Shown here: in pieces, positions 16,803 to 25,730 of the stretch
Layout of the letters: every line of letters begins with the position of its first letter
How positions within the stretch are numbered: position 1 is the stretch's first letter
From: Bdellovibrionota bacterium
Lineage (GTDB): Bacteria > Bdellovibrionota > UBA1018 > UBA923
Assembly (NCBI GenBank): GCA_040754655.1
Contig: JBFMCE010000044.1
Span: forward strand, 1 to 32,201
Length of the DNA stretch: 32,201 bases
Direction: 5' to 3'
Program-made: the position numbers and the translations under genes
Notes under the pieces: model-generated
Told to the model about the DNA's origin: nothing
The model's database searches: none
The model's input: the letters and a program-made list of their open reading frames with translations, nothing else

Positions 16803-17606
16803 ATGCAGATATTCGATTTCGAAAATTATAAGGAATTTGTAAACCAACTACTCAAACTCATGCCAAAAAGGGGGCGTGGACAGTATCGAAAAATCGCCCA
16901 AATTTTAAACACTCATCCAGTTTATGTCAGCCAGGTCTTTAAAGGCACTAAAGACCTTTCGCTAGATCAGGCTTTTAAAGTGAGTGCATTCTTGAGTCTC
17001 TCTGAGCTTGAGCGGGAGTATTTTTTTGCTCTTATTCAGCGAGAACGCGCTGCGACGTTTGAACTGAGAAACTATTATTCCGAACAGCTTGCGAAAATTC
17101 GTGCGAAGTCGCAAGACCTCAAAAACAGGATTATTCAAACAAGGCAACTTTCAGAAGAGACCAAAGCCGTGTTTTACTCAAATTGGCACTACAGTGCCGT
17201 GCGTCTCTTGAGCTCGATAAAGCAATATCAGACGTTACCTGCAATTGCTTTACGACTTGGCCTTGAAGAGTCGCAGGTTGCAGAAATCGTAGAATTCTTA
17301 CTCTCGGTCGGGTTGTGTGTGAAAGAAGACGCTCGTGTCGTGATGGGACCGAGCGTGACGCATCTTGATTCCAAATCGCCTTTTATCAAATCCAGGCAAA
17401 TCCACTGGCGTGTGAAGGGATTTCAGTGCATGGATGCGCATTCCGAGGAAGAACTTTTTTATACAGCCCCGATGTCACTTTCGAAAGAGGGGGTAAAGCT
17501 TGTTCGAAGTGAGCTGTTGAAGCTCATTGATGACATAGGAAGCATAGTAAAATCGTCAGAGGCAGAAGATGTTGCATGCCTTAATATCGATTGGTTCAAA
17601 TTTTGA
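16803..17606 (+). CDS. TIGR02147 / DUF4423-like HTH protein
   Basis: IFDFENYKEF, HTH-like IAQILNTHPVYVSQVFKG, FYSNWHYSAVRLL, C-terminal LNIDWF; family assigned from recalled patterns. Confidence 0.8.
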   Translation: MQIFDFENYKEFVNQLLKLMPKRGRGQYRKIAQILNTHPVYVSQVFKGTKDLSLDQAFKVSAFLSLSELEREYFFALIQRERAATFELRNYYSEQLAKIRAKSQDLKNRIIQTRQLSEETKAVFYSNWHYSAVRLLSSIKQYQTLPAIALRLGLEESQVAEIVEFLLSVGLCVKEDARVVMGPSVTHLDSKSPFIKSRQIHWRVKGFQCMDAHSEEELFYTAPMSLSKEGVKLVRSELLKLIDDIGSIVKSSEAEDVACLNIDWFKF

Positions 17607-17657
17607 TGCGATTAAATATTGATCTTTAGAAGAGAGAGATCATGAAACAAGCCTTTT

Positions 17658-18266
17658 CTAATTTCGCGGCTGCCTAATGCCGTGGGGAAGTACGGCTTCC
17701 CAATAAGGCGTTTTATTGAGGCGAACGAGATCAAGATAGGGATAAATCAATTTCTTTCGGGCTTTTTCGAGAATTTCAGTGGTCACGGCTTCAAAATGCT
17801 TAATCGTGTTGGTGTTGTTCATGCGCGCGACGATTTTTCCGTCTTCGAACAAAAGCATCGCTCCGAGAAAGTATCCTCCGTAAGAGTTGATGAAGTCCTC
17901 ATAATCGCCTCCAAGTTCTTGGCCGTCCATTCGAACCACGTAAGCTTGGACGACATCACCTATTTCATCTTCGTCTAACGCCTCTTCAATATACTCTTGT
18001 GACACATGACAGGCATCGCACCATTTGGAAGTCGAGAAGATCATAAGATAGCCTTTTGATCTCGTGACGAACTGCCCAAGAAAAACCCCTGTTGGAAGCT
18101 CTTTTAGTGACATGGCTAGGGAAGTCTGTGAAGAAAAGCTAGAAAACGTCAGCACTATGAACAAAAAGGCCATTCTAAGGGATCGGTAAGTCGCATGCGA
18201 TTGAAGCACTTCGAAACTCCTAAATAGAGGAGTTTTTAGCATGGTGAGCCACTTTGAGCAATGCAT
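17658..18266 (-). CDS. Thioredoxin-like protein, probably exported (true start may be the ATG at 18173)
   Basis: FSTSKWCDACH (WCxxC) and MLLFEDGKIVAR; signal-like segment from MAFLFIVLTF. Confidence 0.65.
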   Translation of the reverse strand: MHCSKWLTMLKTPLFRSFEVLQSHATYRSLRMAFLFIVLTFSSFSSQTSLAMSLKELPTGVFLGQFVTRSKGYLMIFSTSKWCDACHVSQEYIEEALDEDEIGDVVQAYVVRMDGQELGGDYEDFINSYGGYFLGAMLLFEDGKIVARMNNTNTIKHFEAVTTEILEKARKKLIYPYLDLVRLNKTPYWEAVLPHGIRQPRN

Positions 18267-18282
18267 TATAAACTAAAATAAT

Positions 18283-19104
18283 TTAAACAAATCGAAACAA
18301 ATCTTTCCTGAGGTGCTTCAGCGCCGGCAGTTCTTTTCGTACCTTCGAGAGGAACTTGAAGTCAATGTCGGCCATGATCGCCGTTTCGCAATCTGAAGCC
18401 AATGCGACAATATTCCCCCACGGGTCGATCACGCAAGTTTTTCCGAACGAAACATTGCCCTCGGGATGTTTGCCGATCTGCCCGGGCGCCACGATATAGA
18501 CTTGGTTTTCAATCGCTCGCGCTTTCAAAAGCGTCAACCAATGGTCTTTGCCGGTATAAAGCGTGAATGCGGCTGGAACAAAGATCAGTTTTGCTCCTCG
18601 CAATGCAAGGTTTCGAAAGAGTTCCGGAAATCGCAGATCATAACAAATCGTAAGACCTAGCTTTCCAAATGGCGTGTCGACCACGGTTGGCGTTGATCCG
18701 CGCTCAAAGAGCGCTGATTCTCGATACGAATGCGTTTGGGTCAAATGAGCGTCAAAAAGGTGGATCTTGTCGTAAGTCGCGAGATCATCGCCTGTCGGGC
18801 CAAAAAGAACAGAGCGATTCCATACGCGTTTTGATTTTTTCTCGCTTCGGGTCGCGATGCTTCCAGCCAAGACGTAAACTTCGTTCTTTTTCGCGAAGTT
18901 TCGCATCGCCCGGTAAGCCAGTCCGTCTTCAGGGCGCTCTGCTTCCCGCAAAATTTCGGCGCGCGAACCCATGAACGAAAAGCATTCAGGCAGGGCGATG
19001 AGCTTTGCGCCTTGGCGCGCGGCTCGTTGCATGAGCGAAGTCGCGACAGAGAGATTCTTTTTTTTATTGCTTGTTGACGTCAGTTGCACTGCTGCAACAA
19101 GCAT
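18283..19104 (-). CDS. Carbon-nitrogen hydrolase, Nit1/deaminated-glutathione amidase-like
   Basis: Catalytic E-K-C triad in LPECF, YDKIHLFD and ICYDLRFPE; LKARAIENQ; start overlaps the ugd stop (TGATG). Confidence 0.9.
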   Translation of the reverse strand: MLVAAVQLTSTSNKKKNLSVATSLMQRAARQGAKLIALPECFSFMGSRAEILREAERPEDGLAYRAMRNFAKKNEVYVLAGSIATRSEKKSKRVWNRSVLFGPTGDDLATYDKIHLFDAHLTQTHSYRESALFERGSTPTVVDTPFGKLGLTICYDLRFPELFRNLALRGAKLIFVPAAFTLYTGKDHWLTLLKARAIENQVYIVAPGQIGKHPEGNVSFGKTCVIDPWGNIVALASDCETAIMADIDFKFLSKVRKELPALKHLRKDLFRFV

Positions 19105-20414
19105 CAGCTAGACCTTCCGATTCCTTGATAAGAGAACCCGAGCTCACGCATCGTTTCTGGAGCGTAAATATTGCGTCCGTCGAAGATCAAAGGATTCTTG
19201 AGCAGTGACTTCATGCGTTTGAAATCAGGGTTGCGAAATTCCGACCACTCTGTGACGACGACCAATGCATCCGCATCCTTAAGCGCTTCATAGGGAGTCT
19301 TGTGAAACGAGACTTCTGCGTTCTTGGGCAAGTGTTTGCCCGCTTCCTTCATCGCTACCGGGTCATAAGCTTGAATCCTAGCGCCAGCCGCAGTTAGTTT
19401 CTCTAAGAGAACCAAGCTGGGCGCTTCGCGCATGTCATCTGTGTTGGGTTTGAACGACAAGCCCCAAACGGCAAGCGCCTTTCCGTTGAGCTGACGGTCA
19501 AAATGACGTTCAATCTTGTAATACAGAAGCTCTTTTTGAAGCGCATTCACCTCTTCAGCGGCATTGACGATCTTGAGTTCCATCCCGTGGTCTTTGCCCG
19601 TCTTGATGAGGGCCTTCACATCTTTTGGAAAACACGATCCCCCATAACCAACGCCGGCGTATAAAAAGTGACGGCCAATGCGCGAGTCGCTCGTGATGCC
19701 TTTGCGCACGCTCTCAATGTCGGCGCCGGTGAGTTCGCAGAGGTTTGCGATCTCGTTGATGAATGAAATCTTCGTCGCAAGAAATGAGTTTGCAGCGTAC
19801 TTGGTCATTTCTGCCGAAACGTTGCTCATCCAAAGAATGGGATTTCCTTGACGCACAAAAGGCGCGTAGAGTTGAGCCATTGTTTTGTAGACACTCTCTT
19901 TGGAGGTGCCGATAACGACGCGGTCTGGTTTCAAGAAGTCTTCGATCGCGGTTCCTTCTTTGAGGAATTCAGGATTCGAAACCACATCAAAGGTCTGCTG
20001 GGTATGTGTTTTGATGAGTTTTTCAAGCTTTGCAGCTGTTCCTACGGGCACGGTCGATTTATTGACGATGATCTTGTACCCGTTCATGTGATCAGCGATC
20101 GTTTCCGCTGCTTTCAAAAATAAAGTGAGGTCAGCCGAGCCATCTGTGGAAGATGGAGTGCCAATGGCAAGAAAGATGATCTCAGAAGATTGAATAGCGG
20201 CGACGCTGTCGGTCGTGAAGGAAAGGCGTCCCTCCTGGGTATTGCGAGTTACCAGGTCGCCAAGGCCGGGTTCATAAATGGGAAGTTGCCCGCGGTTCAG
20301 GCCATCGATTTTTTCTTTGTTCACATCGACGCAAACCACGTCGTTTCCGTTTTCGGCGAAACAGGTTCCCGCGACCAAACCCACGTAGCCTGTTCCCATC
20401 ACACAGATCTTCAT
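19104..20414 (-). CDS. ugd: UDP-glucose 6-dehydrogenase
   Basis: GTGYVG, VNKSTVPVGT, SNPEFLKEG, GYGGSCFPKD, FKPNTDDMRE. Confidence 0.95.
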   Translation of the reverse strand: MKICVMGTGYVGLVAGTCFAENGNDVVCVDVNKEKIDGLNRGQLPIYEPGLGDLVTRNTQEGRLSFTTDSVAAIQSSEIIFLAIGTPSSTDGSADLTLFLKAAETIADHMNGYKIIVNKSTVPVGTAAKLEKLIKTHTQQTFDVVSNPEFLKEGTAIEDFLKPDRVVIGTSKESVYKTMAQLYAPFVRQGNPILWMSNVSAEMTKYAANSFLATKISFINEIANLCELTGADIESVRKGITSDSRIGRHFLYAGVGYGGSCFPKDVKALIKTGKDHGMELKIVNAAEEVNALQKELLYYKIERHFDRQLNGKALAVWGLSFKPNTDDMREAPSLVLLEKLTAAGARIQAYDPVAMKEAGKHLPKNAEVSFHKTPYEALKDADALVVVTEWSEFRNPDFKRMKSLLKNPLIFDGRNIYAPETMRELGFSYQGIGRSS

Positions 20415-20489
20415 ATTTCCTCTCTTCTACTCCACAAGATGCAAAGTTTGCTCTATCCTTCAGAGCAATTTTAAGTAAATTGAAAAAGT

Positions 20490-21272
20490 ATGGCCGCAAA
20501 CGAAAAAAGTCAAACAATCTCAGCTACCGTGATCGTGCTCAATGAGGAGCAAGACCTCCCTCGTTGCCTGGAATCATTGGGCTTTGCGGACGAAATCATA
20601 GTCGTCGATAGCGGCAGCACGGATAGAACGGCTGAAATTGCCCAGCGAATGGGTGCCCGCCTGATTCAGGAGAGCTGGCGGGGGTACGGAGCCCAAAAGA
20701 ATTTCGCGATGGATCAGGCGCGTTCCGAGTGGGTGCTCAATGTCGATGCCGACGAAGTGATTACGCCTGAGTTGAAAAACGAGATCCTGACTGAGCTCGC
20801 TTCAGCCAAGCCAGCCGAGGGCTATGCGGTCGCGCGAAAGACGTTTTATCTAGGGCGCTGGATCAAGTATGGGGGATGGTATCCCAACTACGTCACGCGA
20901 CTGGTGCGCAAGTCAAAGGCCCGATGGACCGAACCGCATGTGCACGAAGAGCTCGGCGTGAATGGCGAGCTCAGAAGGTTGAAGTGCCCTATGCTCCACT
21001 TCACATTCCGCGATATTGAAGATCAGGTGCGCACGAACCTGCGTTATGCCAGGCAGGGAGCCCAAGAACTCAAACGCAAGGGGCACCACGCGAGTTATGT
21101 GAAGCTCGTCTTCAAGCCTTGGGGAAAATTCATCGAGACCTATTTGTTGAAGAAGGGTTTTCTCGATGGCTTGCCGGGCTTTATTATTTCAGTGAATGCG
21201 GCATACAGCATGTTTTTGAAGTATGCTTACCTTATCGAACTGAGCCATGAAAATACTGATCGTCGACAATAA
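20490..21272 (+). CDS. Glycosyltransferase family 2 (WaaE/KdtX-like)
   Basis: NEEQDLPRCL, VDSGSTDRT, GYGAQKN, NVDADE, WYP, VHE, GFLDGLPGF. Confidence 0.9.
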   Translation: MAANEKSQTISATVIVLNEEQDLPRCLESLGFADEIIVVDSGSTDRTAEIAQRMGARLIQESWRGYGAQKNFAMDQARSEWVLNVDADEVITPELKNEILTELASAKPAEGYAVARKTFYLGRWIKYGGWYPNYVTRLVRKSKARWTEPHVHEELGVNGELRRLKCPMLHFTFRDIEDQVRTNLRYARQGAQELKRKGHHASYVKLVFKPWGKFIETYLLKKGFLDGLPGFIISVNAAYSMFLKYAYLIELSHENTDRRQ

Positions 21273-21924
21273 TATCGATTTGCCATGGACCCACTGCGCC
21301 GATCTGCGTCGCTACATGAGCGGAAGGGTCGTCATAAGACGGGGGCCAGAGAGGGACCTCCCTCCGACGCCAATGGATTTCACGCACATCATTCTTTCAG
21401 GAAGCAGAACCTCAATTCTAGATTCCTCTGTTTGGGTGCAGGAGTTGATGCAGTTTGTTCGCACAGCAGCTGACGCCAATGTTCCGCTACTGGGAGTTTG
21501 TTACGGACATCAGATTATCGCTCGCGCTTTCGGAGGCGACCAGATGGTTCGAAAATCTCCGATGCCAGAGTTCGGTTGGGTAGAGATCGAACAGACTTCA
21601 GAAAATCCGCTGCTAAAAGACTTGCCCAAGAAGTTTCATTCTTTTCAATCGCACGAAGAAGAGGTTCAAAAAGTGCCGGACGGGTTTATTCCAACAGCTT
21701 CAAGCGCACGATGTCCGATTCAAGCTTACTATATTCAAGGAAAGCCGGTCTTCGGAGTGCAGTTTCATCCGGAGCGCAATACAGAAGAGGGAAGCCGGAC
21801 AATCGAAATGAGAAAGAAAGTCACGCCCAGGGATTGCATTTTCCCCGACTCAAAGGCAAAGTCTCTGTATTCAGAACATGTTGCAAACACCATCTTTAGA
21901 AATTTCCTCTCCCAACGCCGGTGA
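21247..21924 (+). CDS. Type 1 glutamine amidotransferase-like protein
   Basis: ILSGS, nucleophile LGVCYGHQ, His-Glu in VQFHPE; overlaps the upstream gene. Confidence 0.9.
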   Translation: MKILIVDNNIDLPWTHCADLRRYMSGRVVIRRGPERDLPPTPMDFTHIILSGSRTSILDSSVWVQELMQFVRTAADANVPLLGVCYGHQIIARAFGGDQMVRKSPMPEFGWVEIEQTSENPLLKDLPKKFHSFQSHEEEVQKVPDGFIPTASSARCPIQAYYIQGKPVFGVQFHPERNTEEGSRTIEMRKKVTPRDCIFPDSKAKSLYSEHVANTIFRNFLSQRR

Positions 21925-21934
21925 GGTTCAAAGC

Positions 21935-22918
21935 ATGACTAAAACCAATGCCGCGGGGGTTTATCGTAAACTTTTCCTGAACGCAGCCAAGGTCTGCTTC
22001 ACTTTCGGGATCCTTTATTACCTCTATCAAAAAGGTCTGCTTGATTTTTCAAGAGTACGGGCGCTTTTGAGTGATTATCCCGTGGTGTTGACGGTTTTTT
22101 CGGTCGTGGTGTTGACGGCCTTTGGCGGGGTTTTTCGTTGGTGGATGTTGCTTTTGGGGCAAGGTCTTAAGGTTTCCATCTGGGAAGCGCTTCGACTCAC
22201 CATGATCGGGACTTTTTTTAACACAGCCATTCCGGGCGCTGTGAGTGGTGATCTGATCAAGGGTTATTATGTCGTGAGGCAGCAGTCCGATGGACGAGGC
22301 CGGATCAAAGCGCTAACCACTCTTCTTCTTGATCGATTGTTAGGACTGAGCGCTCTCATCTGCATTTCTTTTTTCGCCATGATCAGCAATCTACAAGCTA
22401 TGCTTGGCTCTGCAGCTCTAAGGCCGCTTTGTGGGTTCATTGCTTTATTATGGCTGGGCGTCATGACATTCTATCTTTTTGTGTTGGTGGAGTGGTCTTT
22501 TACGGCGCGTATTTTGAAATTACTCAAAAAACTTCCGGCTGGCGAATACGTAAGCCGTCTTTTTGAAGCCGTGAAGTCTTATGAGAACTGCCGCCATTAC
22601 ATCATCAAGGGATTTTTCTTGTCGATTACGGTCCACTGCGCAATCATCGGGGTCTTCATCCTGTTGGCGAAGTCTTTGGGCGGTTTTGAAATGATTCCGA
22701 TCGATAAATTCTTTTTTCTGACTCCGTTAGGCTTGCTTGTAACAGCGATACCGGTAGCGCCCGCAGGGCTAGGAACGGGACATGCCGCATTTTTAGGACT
22801 GTTTCAGCTGGTGGGTTCGAGAGCTGGCGCAGACCTTTTTACGGCGTTTGTTGCCTTTCAGATCTTGATGAGCCTTATTGGCGGAGTATTCTATTTGCGC
22901 TATCGCCAGAATATGTAA
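21935..22918 (+). CDS. UPF0104 / lysylphosphatidylglycerol-synthase-TM (flippase-like) membrane protein
   Basis: Multiple TM helices; RWWMLL, IGTFFNTAIPGAVSGD, LLDRLLG, IPVAPAGLG; ATG at 21935 follows GAGG. Confidence 0.88.
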   Translation: MTKTNAAGVYRKLFLNAAKVCFTFGILYYLYQKGLLDFSRVRALLSDYPVVLTVFSVVVLTAFGGVFRWWMLLLGQGLKVSIWEALRLTMIGTFFNTAIPGAVSGDLIKGYYVVRQQSDGRGRIKALTTLLLDRLLGLSALICISFFAMISNLQAMLGSAALRPLCGFIALLWLGVMTFYLFVLVEWSFTARILKLLKKLPAGEYVSRLFEAVKSYENCRHYIIKGFFLSITVHCAIIGVFILLAKSLGGFEMIPIDKFFFLTPLGLLVTAIPVAPAGLGTGHAAFLGLFQLVGSRAGADLFTAFVAFQILMSLIGGVFYLRYRQNM

Positions 22919-23003
22919 ATATGGCCCTTCTTGAAGTTCAAATGTAACAATCGCTTAAACCTGCTAGACAGATTCACAGAATAAAAATATTAAAAGGTTA
23001 CCG

Positions 23004-23687
23004 ATGGCATTGAAACGCAGAATATTAGTGATTGATGACGAGCCCGATAACCGAGAGCTTATTCAACAAATTTTAGCGGATAAGTTTGAGGTCCTCACCG
23101 CTTCCGATGGTGAAGAGGGGATCCAAGTGACTCGCTCCGAGTTGCCTGATCTTGTTCTTTTAGACATCAGCATGCCCAAGCTCGATGGGATCGCGGTTTG
23201 TGAATCTTTGCGGTCGAATGAGGCGACGAAGCACATTCCCATCATCATGCTGACCGCCTCCAGTGATCCTGATCGCCGCATTCAATCGTTCATGACGGGT
23301 GCAGACGACTTTTTGTTGAAGCCCTATAGACCCAAAGAGCTTTTAGCACGCGTTCTTTCTAAAATCCGACGGGTTGAAGAAAGACTGAGCCAAGACGAGG
23401 TCTTAGAGTGTGGGAATTTGATTTTGTATCTCAATAAGTTCGAGGCCACAATTGATGGCAACGTGATTACCTTGAGCGTACTCGAATTTAATCTTCTGAA
23501 ATGCTTTGTTCAGAACAAAGACAGGGTATTGAGTCGTGAGCGCATCTTAGAGTCGGTTTGGCGTGACTCGGTAGTTTCAGACCGAACGGTAGATACCCAC
23601 ATCGTTTCTTTGCGAAAGAAACTTACGGGGTTCACCTACTCGCTCTCGACGATTTATGGAGCGGGCTATATCCTTAAAAAAGCCTGA
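23004..23687 (+). CDS. OmpR/PhoB-family response regulator (no kinase nearby)
   Basis: ILVIDDE, LLDISMP, MLTA, KP; winged helix LSRERILESVW, RTVDTHIVSLRKKL, TIYGAGY. Confidence 0.93.
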   Translation: MALKRRILVIDDEPDNRELIQQILADKFEVLTASDGEEGIQVTRSELPDLVLLDISMPKLDGIAVCESLRSNEATKHIPIIMLTASSDPDRRIQSFMTGADDFLLKPYRPKELLARVLSKIRRVEERLSQDEVLECGNLILYLNKFEATIDGNVITLSVLEFNLLKCFVQNKDRVLSRERILESVWRDSVVSDRTVDTHIVSLRKKLTGFTYSLSTIYGAGYILKKA

Positions 23688-23706
23688 TAAAGAGGCTTTC
23701 CTTTCT
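23679..23706. terminator. Weak hairpin between convergent genes
   Basis: 7-bp stem AAAGCCT / AGGCTTT with a 7-nt loop and a pyrimidine tail. Confidence 0.4.
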
Positions 23707-23708
23707 TG

Positions 23709-24233
23709 CTAAGCTGCTTTTTTGGCTTGAGATCCACTCTTAGGGTCTGAATGTGGCGCCGTGTCGATGATGCTGCCCAAAGTTTGAAGCTTGTGTTTGC
23801 CGCGAGAGAGAACTGATTTGCGGTAAACATCAATTCCCACTTTTTTTCGCACTTTTTCAGAAGCCCGTTTGCAGGCTCCTAAGAGGTACACTACCACATC
23901 AAGCCATGCCGCCCCCTTTGGAAGAGGAGGCAAGGATTCGCCTAAAGCTTTGGCGTCGGCATCAAGTTCTTTTAGCTTCTCTTGATCTTGAAGCGATATT
24001 TGCGCATCACCTTGATTGTTGGTGACGAGCTTCGGCCTGAAAGGTTGAAACTCCTTTTTCGGAGACCCATCCTCTCTCTGCCCAGCAGGTTGGCCTGACC
24101 GTTTTTTCTGTTGGCGATCGTCAGACGTCTGCAAAGAATCGTATCGCTTGCCCGGATAATGGGGCGGCGCGATACGAACGGGTTTGAAATACTTTATAAG
24201 GGACTTGCCTATGCGTCCCAATGGTGATGCCAC
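23709..24233 (-). CDS. Hypothetical protein (174 aa, GTG start)
   Basis: AAAGGGGG upstream of the GTG; fills the gap between clear genes; ends GSIIDT...KKAA. Confidence 0.7.
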   Translation of the reverse strand: MASPLGRIGKSLIKYFKPVRIAPPHYPGKRYDSLQTSDDRQQKKRSGQPAGQREDGSPKKEFQPFRPKLVTNNQGDAQISLQDQEKLKELDADAKALGESLPPLPKGAAWLDVVVYLLGACKRASEKVRKKVGIDVYRKSVLSRGKHKLQTLGSIIDTAPHSDPKSGSQAKKAA

Positions 24234-24345
24234 GATGGCCCCCTTTGTTCTCTTGCGTTGGGGAACCCGCGTTATGCGTCACCGTGAAGTGATCTTCCCT
24301 GGCCCTGCGTAAAGTACTACACAAAACACACTGTTCGTATTAGCC

Positions 24346-24373
24346 TTATCGGTATCCAAATCGAAATACTTTA
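24346..24373 (-). promoter_or_regulatory. Candidate sigma28 (FliA) promoter for 23709..24233
   Basis: The minus strand reads TAAA-N16-ACCGATAA; the consensus is TAAA-N15/16-GCCGATAA. Confidence 0.6.
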
Positions 24374-24416
24374 GAAAAAAGTATCGAAAGAATTGAGGAT
24401 ATTTGTTTAGCAGCAA

Positions 24417-24429
24417 TATCAACTATTTA
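24417..24429 (+). promoter_or_regulatory. Candidate IHF site between divergent promoters
   Basis: TATCAACTATTTA matches WATCAANNNNTTR. Confidence 0.45.
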
Positions 24430-24441
24430 GGAATGACTTAA

Positions 24442-24470
24442 TTGACACGGTGTGGCCTAGATGCTATCCA
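24442..24470 (+). promoter_or_regulatory. Candidate sigma70-type promoter for spt
   Basis: TTGACA-N17-TATCCA with an extended -10 TG; the -10 is imperfect. Confidence 0.5.
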
Positions 24471-24508
24471 CGGTCGATCTTACCCAAGCATGAAAGGAAC
24501 TTTTCGTT

Positions 24509-25696
24509 ATGATGGACCTCTTTGATAAATGTCGCGCCTTCCAAGACGCTAAAACCTTAATGGGTGCTGGGCTCTATCCCTTCTTTAAACCCATTGAGGC
24601 GTCTCAAGGTTCGTCTGTGGTTACTCACGGTACGAAGAGGGTCATGATCGGTTCCAACAACTACTTGGGGCTTACACACCATCCGAAAGTGAAAGAAGCC
24701 GCAAAACGTGCGATCGATGAATTTGGAACGGGTTGCACCGGATCACGTTTCCTAAACGGAAATCTCGTTTCTCATGAACAACTTGAAGAAGATTTGGCTC
24801 GTTTTTTGGGTAAGGAAGCTTGCCTTGTTTTCTCAACGGGTTTTTTAGCCAATCAGGGCGCATTGTCGTGCATTATCGGTCGAAATGACGCCATTTTCTC
24901 GGACCGGGAAAACCATGCCTCGATCATTGAAGGAACAAGACTGGCCATAGGCGAGACCATCCGCTATCCCCACAACGATATGGAGGCTCTTGATCGGGTG
25001 CTCACTGAAAAACGAGGGCAATTTGATGGGGCTTTGATCGTGGCCGATGGCGTGTTCTCAATGTCAGGGGCGATAGTTGATTTGCCAGGACTAGTCAGGG
25101 TGGCAAGCAAGCACAATTGCAAACTCTACATCGACGATGCACATAGCCTTGGCGTTTTGGGTGAACACGGGCGTGGCACTGGAGCGCACTTTGGCTTGAC
25201 CGATGAAGTCGATTTGATCATGGGAACATTTTCAAAGAGCTTTGCTTCGATCGGTGGATTTGTGGCCGGAGATGCCGATACCATCCACTACATCAAACAC
25301 AAGGCTCGCCCGTTCATGTTCAGCGCGGCAATGCCACCGGCCGCCGTGGCGACGGTTCAAGAGTGCCTCAGAGTCGTGCAAGAAGAGCCAGAAATCCTTG
25401 AAAGGCTTTGGAAAAACGCTCGAAAAATGAAAAGAGAGTTCACGGCGATGGGCTTCGACACTCTCAATAGCCAGACCCCGGTGATTCCGGTTCTCATTGG
25501 CGATGATATCAAGGCCTTTGTCTTCACCAAGGCCCTCTATGAACATGGAGTTTTCGCGACCCCGGTCGTGAAGCCGGCCGTACCAGAGGGAATGGCGTTG
25601 ATCCGCACCAGTTACATGGCAACACATACCGATGAAGATCTCGACTATGTGTTGGAAGTGTTCCATAAGCTTGGAAAACAGTTTGAGCTGATCTAA
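24509..25696 (+). CDS. spt: Serine palmitoyltransferase (alpha-oxoamine synthase family)
   Basis: GLYPFF, MIGSNNYLGL, GTGCTGSRFLNG, DDAHSLG and the PLP motif GTFSKS; adjacency to a bCerS-like gene favours SPT over BioF/Kbl. Confidence 0.85.
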   Translation: MMDLFDKCRAFQDAKTLMGAGLYPFFKPIEASQGSSVVTHGTKRVMIGSNNYLGLTHHPKVKEAAKRAIDEFGTGCTGSRFLNGNLVSHEQLEEDLARFLGKEACLVFSTGFLANQGALSCIIGRNDAIFSDRENHASIIEGTRLAIGETIRYPHNDMEALDRVLTEKRGQFDGALIVADGVFSMSGAIVDLPGLVRVASKHNCKLYIDDAHSLGVLGEHGRGTGAHFGLTDEVDLIMGTFSKSFASIGGFVAGDADTIHYIKHKARPFMFSAAMPPAAVATVQECLRVVQEEPEILERLWKNARKMKREFTAMGFDTLNSQTPVIPVLIGDDIKAFVFTKALYEHGVFATPVVKPAVPEGMALIRTSYMATHTDEDLDYVLEVFHKLGKQFELI

Positions 25697-25730
25697 GAAA
25701 AACCAAGCAAGAGCGAGAGGTAGATTCACG

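Noticed and set aside
18283..19104. N-carbamoylputrescine amidase (AguB) completing a pathway with speA
   Set aside because: The motifs KIHLFD, CYDLRFPE and ARAIENQ fit the Nit1 branch; no agmatine deiminase is in the window and the gene is 15 kb from speA.
22943..22978. Pho-box-like repeats upstream of the response regulator
   Set aside because: Only one decent half-site (TGTAACA); the phased partners are too degenerate.
24240..24310. c-di-GMP-I riboswitch in the leader of 23709..24233
   Set aside because: Only a short GACGCA resemblance; the GGCAAA segment and the GNRA-capped stem are missing. An Rfam scan would settle it.
24509..25696. BioF or Kbl assignment
   Set aside because: No biotin or tdh genes nearby; the GTFSKS motif and adjacent bCerS-like gene favour SPT, though this is not proven.
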